Source: Dicyema japonicum (lineage: Eukaryota > Animalia > Dicyemida). From it: DNA of 64,000 nucleotides. A program made the translations under genes and the position numbers. Where the stretch lies: contig RDEW01000055.1 in NCBI GenBank assembly GCA_011109175.1, positions 77,516 through 141,515 on the forward strand. Direction: 5' to 3'. The notes under the pieces were generated by a model. That model had not been told where the DNA came from. It saw only the letters and a program-made list of their open reading frames with translations, and searched no databases. Below are positions 50,301-63,000 of the stretch, one piece after another. Position 1 is the stretch's first letter, and each line of letters starts with the position of its first letter.

Positions 50301-51299
50301 TTAAAGTTAATTTTAAAATAAACGGAAATGTAATACTGTTTGACTTAGCATTGATATTATTTGTAGTAAAGTTATTCACTTAATTGTTAGGATGCCCTCT
50401 GTAGAACTTAATAATACCCATCCTATAAATATCTGGTTTACTTCATCGAAAGTCTGTTTATCCAAATATAAATCTCACACATAAACAGTTTTCTGATAAA
50501 CGCAAAATTATGACGTATAAAATTTCGTCACTGCCTATGAATAAGGTTACGTGCATTCTAGGAGATTGTTGTTAAAATTGCAACAAAGGTTGCCAATATA
50601 ATTACAAAAAATAAAACACCTCGCTTTATTGTGAACTTTAAACCTTCTGTTGTTTCCATGGCAGATATTTGGGAAATCCTTGATAGAATTAAAAAGTTCA
50701 CACATTATTATAAAATCATTGATGGAATTTTGATATAATTTAATAATCTTTCCGTCTCTATGCTGCATTGCAATATATAAGTTAATATCATTCCTTACTA
50801 ATTATGCAAAGGTGCAATCTCCCATATTTGAAATCTGGTATAGTAATCGCCTTCGGATTGAAAATGACATGCACGTGGAAGCAGCATAAGACCAGATACC
50901 CCCGGAAATATGCTGGAATTCAAATTGATTTTGTGTTTTGAAAATAAAATTTTAAATTGAAATGTATAAAGAGCATGCACAAGATTTATAGCTTCCAAAA
51001 TTTGAGCAAATTCCTTTCCGAAAAATATCAAAGTTTTATTCTTAAATGAAGATTAATGTGTATCTCTATTATCGACTAACCATCATTTCATCGACAATCT
51101 TAAAATTGTCGCAAATCACAAAGATGTTATTGTAAAATGATGGAGGATGTGAATTTATAATTTGGAAAAATCAGCCACTATATATTAAAAAAGGTTGTTA
51201 AAATGGAAATACGGGTGTAATTTCAATATTTAAAATTAGTGATGACCAGAAAAAAGCTAAGAAACAATAGACCATAATTATTACAAAAGTAAACTACGC

Positions 51300-51418
51300 A
51301 GTCGTAAAACCAGGAGTACTGCACTTTTTAACACCAGAGACAACTTTGCCCAATGGTTTTCCCTCAACCCCACACAAGCACGTATCAGGCGAATGACTGA
51401 TCTCCGTAGTCACGACGG
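51300..51418 (-). repeat. Unclassified dispersed repeat, copy 2
   Basis: Reverse-complement match to 18180-18320. Confidence 0.5.
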
Positions 51419-51577
51419 GACGGTTAATGCTATCAATATTAATTAAAAGGAAGGAATTTTACTAAAAACGTTAAATGAAGTGTTAACAAATTGAGTAATA
51501 AAATTTATGAACTTTAATAATTGACCTTTATCGTTACTTAGGAAATAATATAAAACATTTACAGTCCAAATATAATA

Positions 51578-52006
51578 ATGGACTTTCAACAAAACATAAA
51601 TGACCAGTTAACACAAATTAAGGTTAAAATGATAAGACATGTTAACCAATTCACCTAAAATATAGAAATTAATCAATGAGAGAATGAAAATGTATAAAGA
51701 ATGGAAGTTATTAAATCACAATTTGAGTTCTGTAATAATTACAATTCTGGGGGTTTACAATTATATAACCATCTTATGAGGCAACAGAGACATTTTAGTG
51801 ATAAATATTCTGTATAAGATTTATTTAAGCGAAAGCACTACCCACAGTCTTCCCTGAATTACCCTCACAACTATCCCCAATACAGAGAAACTAATAAAAT
51901 GGAGAATATTGACAAGCACGACTATTACGAATTGATGATTATGCAGAGTGCTCAGATGAATGAAGCTATCGTACAGCAGATGATGAAATACTCACTGAAG
52001 TGGTAA
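51578..52006 (+). CDS. C21orf58/DUF4587-like protein with tiny introns
   Basis: LTQIKVKMIRHKLINER and YYELMIMQSAQMNEAIVQQMM resemble the recalled DUF4587 signature (ELM..QNAQMHQ). Intron 51641-51665. Needs a non-AG intron at about 51727-51751 and an 18-nt intron (gtataagatttatttaag). Confidence 0.6.
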
Positions 52007-52034
52007 TGTAACACATATAATATTAAAATCCCCA

Positions 52035-52331
52035 TTAAGATGGTAAAACTCGGTTAGTAACAATATACTTTTTATAAAATGATTCTTTTTTCTTTCTTGT
52101 CTTGTTGACCAATTTCAGTAAGTCAGAGAATAACTGTTTAGGACTTTTATATGACATGTTATTTAATTTTTCTAATATTTCATTGCAATCATTCATATTC
52201 AGATCACTGCACTTTTCACTGAGGACATTCATTTGATTGTCTGTTAGAGCATCATCTCTGTGCATAGTGTTGGAACACTTTCTATTATACTCCTTAGCTA
52301 GAACTGACGACACACTAATATGTGGCTCCAT
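52035..52331 (-). CDS. Hypothetical ORF
   Basis: About 100 open codons in AT-rich DNA, candidate 20-nt GT-AG intron near 52049-52068. No confident homology. Confidence 0.3.
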   Translation of the reverse strand: MEPHISVSSVLAKEYNRKCSNTMHRDDALTDNQMNVLSEKCSDLNMNDCNEILEKLNNMSYKSPKQLFSDLLKLVNKTRKKKESFYKKYIVTNRVLPS

Positions 52332-52423
52332 CCTGACAACTATTATTCCGGTGGCATTTAATAGATTTTTAAGTCAATTACGTCATTGACAGTTACGCAC
52401 ATGTTCACATCAATAAGCAAGTC

Positions 52424-52733
52424 ATATTATGACTAACTCGTGACTCCTCGGAGGGAGGCATAAATTGGGGAACTTACAATTCGAGTTTATAGTTGGATCA
52501 CTAAGTTCAAATAACAAAAGCGGTCGATATTATGACTAACTCGTGACTCCTCTGAGGGAGGCATAAATTGGGGGAACTTACAATTCGAGTTTATAGTTGG
52601 ATCACTAAGTTCAAATAACAAAGCGGTCGATATTATGACTAACTCGTGACTCCTCTGAGGGAGGCATAAATTGGGGAAACTTACAATTCGAGTTTATAGT
52701 TGGATCACTAAGTTCAAATAACAAAAGCGGTCG
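52424..52733. repeat. Tandem repeat, 3 x ~103 bp
   Basis: Units start at 52424, 52527 and 52630 and differ by only a few bases. Confidence 0.95.
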
Positions 52734-52774
52734 ATTATACAAATATAGTGAACTAACAACGACGTGAATATAAA

Positions 52775-53530
52775 TTAAGGAGGTAGACAATTTTGTACAA
52801 TATATTTAACACATTGCACAATCTGTAGCTTTTCATTCATAACATCCTCAGCCAATAGTTTCTCCAACAGACTGCACTCAGTCTTCTCCTTCCTCCATTT
52901 ATTCCTATATTCAACCCTTCTTTCTACGGGGGCTTCTGTGGCAAGTTTCATCTGACTCCTTCTGCAATTGAGGGAATCCCTAAAATGAACAGAAATATCA
53001 AACATTTTTCTATCCTGTATCCACCGTTGAACATCTTCCTTAGAGTTCCCCATATTTTATCAGCAATCCCAGACATGTGTTGCTACAATAGTAATAACCA
53101 GACAACCGCCTTAATATGAATATCAACCAGTTTTTGAGCCGCAAAATACTTACATCTTCATAGGGACACTTAAATCAGTAAATACTAAACCTTAATATGT
53201 CCCCTGATGTGGGTGTCATAAAGATCATTATTCTTAAATCCTCTATCACACGTGTCGCAGTAGTACTTGTTTTGATTTAACTGTTGTTGTGCTATCTGGT
53301 GTAATTACTCTTATTATTACTCTTTGTGGATGACAAGGACGTGGTGGGAACAAATAAGGTCTGTTATGGGGGTAATAATTAGTATGAACTGGATAATTCA
53401 TATATTGATGATTATATTGCATCGGAGGTGGCCACTGGTGAGGTCTAAACGACACATATGGAGGATGGGAAGGATAAGTTGGTGGGCGTGTATAACGCCA
53501 ATATGGGCGACCATTTGGTCTATTATGCAT
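52775..53530 (-). pseudogene. NUFIP1/Rsa1-like gene, frameshifted
   Basis: Pro-rich N-terminus, YCDTCDRGFKN..YD.H..GH.KCP, SKEDVQRWIQDRK, SLLEKLLAEDVMNEKLQIVQCVKYIV. Four introns of 22-25 nt. Frameshifts at about 53154 and 53049 and probably near 52990. Confidence 0.8.
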
Positions 53531-53626
53531 AACACACTTAAAACACGTCAGTTAAAATAAGTTAAATTAAACTCAATCATTAAAATAATATAAAGTACAA
53601 AAATATTTATAAAGACAATTTGTTTG

Positions 53627-53826
53627 GCCGACCAAGGATAACTCTCCCTATCATGATCCACAAAGACCTCCAAAGAGTGAGGAAATGTTTAAAGACGGAA
53701 GATGACCTGGACGAGCTGAAATCGATTGCGTGTAACCATGGAGGGTGGAACAGGCTAACTAAAACATTGTTTCTTGTGTATTTGCTATAATCATTATGGC
53801 AAGGAGATAAGTGCTTATAATAATAT
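53627..53826 (+). mobile_element. 5'-truncated RTE-B-family copy
   Basis: Matches 10645-10838; flanked by tttgtttg (probable TSD). Confidence 0.85.
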
Positions 53827-54079
53827 TTTGTTTGTCCCTTCGGAGATGTCAGGAATTTCTGGTTTACAATGGACACTCTAGTCAGTCGATTCAATGATCC
53901 AAAATGCCACCAGGAATCAATACGAGATAGAATTACTTCAAGAGCATATCCCGATTGCTACTGTAAGAGTAAACATAAATTCAAACGCCCTATAATAAAT
54001 TACATATATTTGACAATATTGCAATATTAAATTAATAAAATAATTGCAAAAAAATAACTTATAATCAGGACAAGATGCA

Positions 54080-57052
54080 TTTTTTGGTTGAGCTGGTGAC
54101 TTGGCTCTTGAACTCAATGTCTGGAAAACACAACATCAGCCATTGGACTTGTCTCGTTTAACGTCAGGGGACTCTCTAGCGTTTGGAAACCGGAAGGAAC
54201 TGGTCGAGGATCTTTCAAAGTACAAGATTTCAATCGCCTGCCTTCAGGAGACCAAACTATAACGGGATCGAAGAACAACATGGGAACTTTCGACTAATCT
54301 TCCTTCCAGGTGGAAACAAGCACTATGGGCTAGGATTTGCGTCAGGAATGATCTATCCAAGAGAGTCTGCGTATTTCAGTGTGAATGATAGAATCGGGGT
54401 GTTGCAGTTGAAACTGGATGACCTCAACCCGTCGAAGAAAGATCTAACTATAACAAACGTTTACGCTCCTCACAATGGATGGCTTAATAAAAACCCTGAG
54501 AGATTGATGACTTTTACACCAGTCTTTATGCCGTCTTCTCCAAGTATGCTCTCTCAACATTAGTAATGTACACAGGAGACCTAAATGCGAAAGCTGGCAC
54601 CCAAGTTACAACCGTTGAGACATTCATGGGAAGGGATGGTAGGGGGAAAAGAAATCTCCCGGGAACCCTACTAGCTAACTTCTGACAAAGGAACAACCGA
54701 TTATTATGCAAATCAGGCTTCATGCATCCAGCCAGACATAAATCAACGTGGTCGGGACACAGAACAAATCCCGAAGGGCGAGTGATAAATATGTACAACC
54801 AGATCGACTATATCATATGCAGGAAAAAAGATCGAAGGACTATACTTGATGCACGACCTTATGGTGGATTGATTATCGACAGCGACCACAAAATGGTTAT
54901 TTCTAGACTTTCTCTAAAGAGATTTATGGTACTACAAAGAACGAAATAGAAGGAATCACATTGAAACCACAGAACCCAACTCTAGACGTTATAACTTGGA
55001 ATCCCTAATCAGTCAATCAGAAGGGGCCCTAGCATTCAAAGAATATCTGGATGCAAAACTAGAAAACATGCCTACAGATTTGCCGCCCGGAAAATCCTGA
55101 GATTTCGCAAAGCAATCAATACATAAAGGAGCCAATCTGCATCTATTGAAAGAAAATGAGAAAATCCCATCGCACAATGACATGTACAGGGTGAAGGACC
55201 TTGCCAATAAACAGAATATCATATGGATGCTATATCAAAATACTGACGATTCTAACGTGGAATCAAAATTGCGGCTAAAGAGAAAAACCATCAAAGCAAA
55301 AATAAGAAAAACTATACGCCAGCATAACAGAAATAGAGCACTGGACCAGATTAAGAAGAATCTCTCAAGGACAACGCTAAATTTACGAAGCTGTTAAACA
55401 GATGAAAGGAATGAGACCCATCAACCGATGATGATAAGAGATGACAAAGGAGCGCAATTGTGGACCAAAGGGAAGTGGCGGAAATTATCGCTGCCCACTT
55501 TGGAAAACTTTTCACCAAGAAACGACACTAACCATCCTAGAACGAGGAAAATTGGACGAGAAATCACATATGAAGTTGAACTTGGGAGTTCCAAGTTGAA
55601 AAACAACAGGACTCCTGGTCCCGACGGACTCGGTGGTGAATTCTTCAAATATGGAACCCAAAAGCTGTATGAATGCATCGCTAGGATCCTGAATGAAATG
55701 TATTATTATGGTCACACGCTGACCCTGGGATAGGGTACCTTGATACCTGTACAGATGGCGAATAAACCAAGAGCTAAGGTGGAGAACCTCCGTCCAGTCA
55801 TATTAATGAATTCACTTCGGAAAATTTTGGCGAACATAACATTACAAAGGATGGAAGGACGCCTAGATACTTTTCTGTCGCTATACCACAGCAAATTCCG
55901 AAAAGGAAGATCTACTTACGATGTTTTGTGGTCCCACAAGTGGAGATCTGCGGCCGTTCAAAAATTCAAAATGTCTACAACCATCCTCGGAATCGACATT
56001 TCGAGGGCCTTCGAGTCTGTCGACAGGCTAATACTGGTTCTGGGGAGTTTCCTAAACGCTTCCACTGTCAGAATGGCCACCACCCTCCTAGCTGATACTT
56101 AGCTCACTGTAAGAGTCGGGGGAACCTTGTCTCGCCGATTTGAGACGACTGTTGGCACTCCACAGGGAGACCCATTATTATCTATCTTTTTTGTCATATA
56201 CCTTGAAGCTGCTTTACGGGAGGCAAAACCGATAATGGGTTAAAAGACAAACATTATTGCGTATGATGACGACGTAGACTTTATTTCAAATGACAAAATA
56301 CCGCTCACCCGCTTGATGGAAGAAGTGCCTGGAAGACTAGCTGAATGGTTCCTAACTGTAAATCCGGACAAGACTGAGTAACTGAACTCAAGAGGGCAGA
56401 AACAAGGACGAGGAGCACTGGCGCATGAGCAAAAAGCTTGGCTCCCTTTTTGGAGACTATGAAGACATTACAAGAAGAAAACCTTAGTACAAACTGCTTT
56501 TTCCAGATTGAAGAACACTAACTCACAAAAAGGACCTTGACGATATAACAAAAACTCGATTATACAACTAGTGAAACCCATATTACTGTATAACGATGGT
56601 ACCTGGTCCTGCTCAAAAAATAAACTGAAAAGGCTTAATACGTTTCATAGAGACCAACTACGGCATATGATTTTCGAAAGAAGTGATACGAGGGTATCAT
56701 CTAATCTCCTCTATAAAAGGACCTCAGAAATTTCTAATGAGATTCTGGATACACGATGGAGGCTTTTCGCCCATATTCTGCGACTGGAACTAGATGCCCC
56801 CACGAACGTAGCCATGGAGGATTACTTCATGTTGGAAGCCCCCGTTTCCGTGGTAGCCCAAGGTCGACATTGCCATCGTTCTCGACGAGGACCTCAAAGA
56901 AATGGGACGGCATCTTGGTGGAGAGGATCTGACTGGTTGCGCACTGCGGCTTTGAATAGGAGGAAGTGGATGAAACTAACCAGTGATTTGCTAACTCGTG
57001 TTGCACATGCTTTGTCAAGTCCTATGATATAACGATAAGTGCTTATAATAAA
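54080..57052 (+). mobile_element. Full-length RTE, many frameshifts and stops
   Basis: Leader, ATG 54117, LVSFNVRGL, HPARHKSTW, ENLRPVIL, YDDDVDF, gataagtgcttataataa tail. Confidence 0.9.
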
Positions 57053-57149
57053 TTCTAAACACTTAGAAGCTTTAGTAACGCTGACAACCCGGCCACACGT
57101 GATCAAATGGAAAACAAGATTTTCCTAAACAAAATTATGAAATACTACT

Positions 57150-58560
57150 TCTACACGAGTATCATCCCACACAAGAAATTCGAAAGTCCATCCATCCTAG
57201 CCCTCAAACCTAAAAGAGCCACCTCCCCGATTGTCCTCTCTTTGGAGAACGTACAGAACATGGTCAAGGGTCAAAAGTCGACTTATTCCTGTGGTCCGGA
57301 CGGAATCCCTGCAATAGTTCTGAAAAACATAGGCCCTATGCTATCATGGCCCTCACAAAAATTTTCAACTTTTCAATCAACGAAAATTGTATTCCTTCCA
57401 TGGAAGCTATCAAACATACGACCAATTCTGAAACCCGGGTGACCAAAGGGATCACCAGCCTCATACAGACCAATATCTTTCCTATGTGTTACATCAAAAC
57501 TTTTGGAAAAGCTGATTTTTGAACTAATCAAACCATACCTTTTTGATGCACCTTTTCAACACGGATTCAGAAAAGGACACTTCACAGAAACGCATCTTAC
57601 ATGCCTTACAAATTTCATCAAGGATGGACTAAAGCGGAAACCTCATCAGAAGTCATTGTTATGCTCCATGTAGAAAAAGCTTTCGACACTATCCCAAAAA
57701 GCTTTTGACAAGGAAGATCTTTACGTCAAAAATTCCAAACAACCTGAAAATCTGGATCGCTAATTTCCTAAATGGAAGAAGAGGAAGAGTAACTGTTGGA
57801 AAACTAGATAAGTGAACCAAGTTCCTTCCAAATGGGGTCCCTCAAGGATCTCCACTGTCACCTCACCTGTTCAACTTATTCTTGAATGATATGCCCTCCC
57901 TTTCCAGTGACGATACTCTGGTTCTGACATATGCGGATGATATAATCGTCGCAGTCAAAGACCAGTGCGTTAACACAGCTGTTTACCGGATACAAGCTTC
58001 ATTTTACGATCTGAACTGTTGGCTCGGTAAGAACATTCTACATACAAGTCCCGAAAAGTCATACAACAATTTTCACAACAGAAGATTGACAAACTCCGCT
58101 CCATGTGTAACCATAAATGGAAACTCAATCCCCACGACCAACTCGGTCAAGATACTGGGCGTAACTTACGACTCAATCTTGACCTTCAGCAAACACATCG
58201 ACAACGTAATCTCTTCGGCACAACGAAAGCTAAATTTTGTTAAAACACTCCTTGGACAATATAAGGGGTGTTTCAACTCAAATTTGGACTCGCTCTACGT
58301 GCAGTATATTCAACCGTCTCTAACATACGGGTGTGCTGCATGGGGAACCAACCTATCAAACAGGAATATAGAAAAAATCAATACCATCCAAAAATGGCCA
58401 GTAAGGCTATGCAAAGGTGTTCTCGGACACCTTTTTAGGAATTAGTGAGGAAAACCGGAGCCTTACTACCCTCCAAAAAGTTAGAAACCCCCGCCCAATC
58501 CGGAAATGCGAAGAACACCGAGCAAGAATGAGATGGCTACTCGAGGCGGCCGGAATCACC
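57150..58560 (+). mobile_element. Ingi/Vingi-like LINE RT region
   Basis: CGPDGIP, ILKPG..SYRPIS, WIANFLNGRRGRV, PQGSPLSP, LTYADD, ILGVTYD. Confidence 0.8.
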
Positions 58561-58669
58561 TGACGGCTATGTAGTTATTTAATTTGTCGGTAATTTTAGG
58601 TTTTTAATAATAATTTCAAAATGTTTTTTAAAGAGAAATCTAATTTTACCAATTTTTCAGACTTGAAGA

Positions 58670-59420
58670 ACTTTATACAATATGGTTTCTCGCACAGGCC
58701 AGGACACATAAAGACTGTATTTTGCACCATAAAAATCCACAAAGCTTTTGACTCTGTGTCAAGGAGGATTATTACTTGGAAAATTTACCAAACAAAAATA
58801 CCTGGAAAGCTTATACTCTGGCTAGCTAACTTCGGAGGGGACGCGTCTGCATTGGCCAGTCAAGGTCTATTTCTCGGCTTTTTCCAAATGGTGTTCCCCA
58901 AGGAACCCCTTTGTCTTCATTACTATTCAATATTTACAAGGCGGATCCCCAACAACTGAAGTCGACATGACATTCTTCTGACTTATGCCGACGATATTAT
59001 CATTGAGCCACGTGATTGGGACACCCAGATGACTACTTTGAGATTACAACAAAATCTGGACTGTCTTAACGAATGTCTACTAGCACTTAGAATTCCTTAG
59101 AAGTCCGTCAAAACTCTACATCAGACAAAAACTGAAAAGATAGACGGTCGATTTAAAAACAATGATGTTAGCCGTTAGAAAATCTCAAAAGATCCTTGGG
59201 GTGATTTTTGACATGTACATTTCATTCTTCCTCCATGTTGAAAAAGTAGTTTCAAAATGTGAAAAAAACTAATGTTTGAATACTTTATCTGGACTATAGA
59301 AGATAGGAAATACCCCAATCCTGAATTCTATTTACAACCAATTCATTAAACCTTGCATTTGTTAAGCATGTGGCATCTGAGGTTCATTCTTGGACAAATA
59401 TTAAGATCGAGGCTAAAAGA
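58670..59420 (+). mobile_element. Ingi/Vingi-like RT fragment related to 17321-18100
   Basis: Direct nucleotide similarity; KAFDSV, LTYADD. Confidence 0.8.
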
Positions 59421-60039
59421 TAAATTTAAAAATTAAGAAATGTAACATTACTTACACAATTGAACAAGCTTAAAATTTTATAATTTTACTTGGGGTTTAT
59501 TACTAAAAATTCATTACTATTAAAATTTCCCCAAAATAGAGGTTTTCCCGCAGTTTGGGTTTCCCAAAACGAGATCGGACTGTAATTCTTTGTCTTTCAT
59601 TTCAATTAGCATAGTGTTACGTAATTATTTGATTCACCTGTCTCAGGGGGCGACAATCTGTTTCTAAAACAAGTTTGACTTAATAATGTTTTGACTGATG
59701 AGTACTAACAGGGAAGTTGGGTTCCCTCACACGTGTCCTGTTAAGACTAACGTCATGAAAAGGTTAATATTATTATAAATAATGTGAAAATAAGTCATTA
59801 AAACTCAATTTAAATATTTGTAATGTAAATATACTCAGTTATGAAGTATTGTTAGTATAAGAGAGGGGTCACTTAATTGTATGGGGATAGAGGATGTAGT
59901 TATGTTGATTGTGTGATTGGTATTGGTCTTATTTTAGTATTACTAGTGTGGATGTCATTTATGATGGCATGTCGTACTATATAATGGAAACAAATTATGA
60001 GAGAATATGATTCCTATGTGGTTAACAACTTGTGGGAAT

Positions 60040-63000
60040 TAAGATGTGATTAAATTATTAAGGATAATAAAGGAATTGAAATTTCAAAAAGTTACAAAAC
60101 TGAAAAGCAAATTGGTCAAAGTCGGCTTACACAACTCTTCCCGTCCTCCGGGGAACTACAACTGTCAATTCCTTCTCAGTGGAGAACAGGACCAGTGCAA
60201 AGCTAAAGAATCTGAAATAGCTAATGAAATGGTTATAACAGCGACCAATCAATAACACGTGAGAGCGGAACACATTATTGAAAAGCTTACAGATTCAATC
60301 AATTCCATTAGGAAGTACTCAAACAGCCTGGTTGTACGGACTTCAATCATGTCAACTACAAGTGCGATAAAATCTCCAATATATTGTATCTTCTCGATGA
60401 ATCAGGATCTATGCGAATGAGTCACAGAGGCCCTGGCACCTTCCGTCTTGAATTCTAAAGAGGTCTGATAAGACGGCCTTTATGAACATCGCTAATCCGC
60501 TGCAGCTATTTCATTGGTAGGAATATGGTCATTTGCGAATGATGCGGAGAGGTCCATTGATTTGTTATAACTGCCAACAATTCAGTCACTTTGCACACCA
60601 ATGCAAGGAAAGAACAAGTGTTTCCGCTGTGCCGGAGAAAACGACATCTCAGAATCCAAGATGGATCCTGGATCGAAAACAAACTGTGTCAACTGCGGTC
60701 TTCTAAACACGGGGTCAGATATGGGGGATGCCCAGTGCTTAGAAGCTAGAAAAAATTGATACTCGCAATAATAAAACGGAATCAAGACAGATGGAAAGGA
60801 CAAAAGTTGAATGCAACACGGAAACACCGCTGAGAATAAACACGGTCCCATAGCCAAAGAAACCGGCTGAGAGTAGTAGAAGAATAATCAGCATAATAAG
60901 GGATCGTTTGGCAGACCCAACATGAAAAGATTTCTAAAAAATTATAAGATATAATTTCAAGATTAAAGTAATTCAGAACAATCCTTGGAGTGGATTTAAA
61001 AAAAGATGGTGGATCTGGCAATGGAGAGCCCAGGCCACCTAAAAAATTGAGAAGAGGTCTGAAGATAGTGTTGGTGAATTCCCGATCCCTTAGGAAAATG
61101 CATAGTGATCTTAAACTACTTGTGACTACTTGTGACAACCACCAACTGGTGGTCAATGAGACCAAGATAAAAAAAGACCAATACTAATAAAATATAAGGA
61201 TACCATTCTGTAGAAATACCATGGGAGGAGGACGACTTGGCTGATACGGGAACCTCATTCTCTACCGTGATGACTCAGAAGTACGGAACCAGAGCATCAT
61301 CTCGGCTATGCAGTGCAAATTCGTGTCGATTGAAATACATTGCTGCAGATCGTGGATAAGTATCGGGGGGTCCTGTCAATATAAGAAACTGTTCTACAGA
61401 TTAACTAATTCTTTGAAAGAAATGCAATGTCTATAATGGTGGGCAACCTAAATGCCATCATCGTGATATACGGATGCTACAAAACTAATGGTGACGGAAT
61501 ACGGTTGAAAATCTTGCCTTGAGGTCATGACATCAGATGAGCCGAACCATTTCTCTCACCATGGTGGAGACATGCCTGATGTGTTCCTTGTATCAGCTGT
61601 ACACCTATGAGGAGAGACCAAAACTATTTGAGATATCAGCAGTGACCATATACCACAAGAAATGGTCCTGAACCTAGGACCACATGTCATCGAAGATGTC
61701 TTTATAAAATATGACATATCGACTGGGAGCTCGAATATGGATATGGAGCACAGACGGAGGGATGAGGCGACCAAATTGGATGTCAAGATCCCTCCTGGAA
61801 GATTTAAAAGAGAATAACTGGCCACAAAATGATGCAAGGAAGATTGTTCTGAGGAATCCAAATGGGGGTACGCATTTTGTGGAAGAACCTCAGCAATATT
61901 CAAAAACCAACTGGATAGAATTCAAAAAATCAACCCATTGTTATTAATCCCATGTGAACAGATGAACGAGTCACTAGAACTCTGCAACTACTCGCTAACG
62001 ACCTCAGATATGTTGAGAAGAAAATTACCCTCGAGAAGGTCAAGGCAGCAATTAAAGTATGCAAGGCCAATGCTTCGACCTCGTCAGCATGAAAATGTTC
62101 ACTATAAAATATGGATATATCCCAGTATGGTGGAAAAACTCTACATTCAGAATGATTCCCAAACCAGGAAAGCCGGGGAGGCACCCTCTCAACTATGGAC
62201 CGATCAGCCATATATGCTCGATATCCGAGATTATTGAGCGAATTATTTTCAAGAGGATGTGTCTGCATATAGAAGAGACCGGTTTCCTACTCGCAGAACA
62301 ATGAGGCTTTAGAACAGGAAAATCCTACGCGACTGCATATATCAAATTTACGGACGTACTAAAAGGAACAAAATGCAAGAGACAATTAGTGTGCTTGGAT
62401 ATATCCAAGGCCTACGATAATGTGTGGCACGTGTCTGCAGATATTCCAAGTCACCTATTCGTATGGCTAAGGAATTTCTTAATCGGATGGAGTCATCAAG
62501 TGCGCATCGGAGGACACGTATCCAAAGATATTTCACTCTAGAGAGGTGTTCCTCGGAGCTCTGTTTTAAGCTCATTATTATTCAACATATTCATGCCAAC
62601 TTACTAATCCCATCCGAAACTAAATTGCTAATTTATACGGATGATATCCTGATAATGGACATGTCTGGAAAGTCAGCCTTATCGGAGAGGAGGCTCAAGA
62701 AATTTATTAATCAGACTGGTGTGACCGGAGAGGAATGATGCTCTCAAAGGAAAAGTCGAACTTCTTAAGAATCAGCCGTATCAGAAGTCACCATGAACGG
62801 CTTCACGCACTGTGAGTACCAAGAATGCGGTTACTCCACTACCTAAATGCTACGATTGATCATGAAGGCTCATTTCTGAAGATGTTAAGCTGAGGAGGAA
62901 AAGAGCGCTACAGGCACTCCTCTGTACGCGTAGACTGTCCATCAGTACTGAGAAGTTTCTCTTCATATTGATGATGATTATTCTACCAAATTGTTGTACG

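Noticed and set aside
50400-51150. Possible decayed host gene on the plus strand
   Set aside because: One open stretch of about 58 codons, then mixed TAA/TGA/TAG stops; unidentifiable.
52424-52733. CRISPR array or spliced-leader RNA array
   Set aside because: Whole units repeat with no unique spacers, the context is eukaryotic, and there is no clear Sm site or splice donor.
59520-59584. pogo/Tigger-like terminal inverted repeat (tacagtccgatctcg on minus)
   Set aside because: No partner end or transposase nearby.
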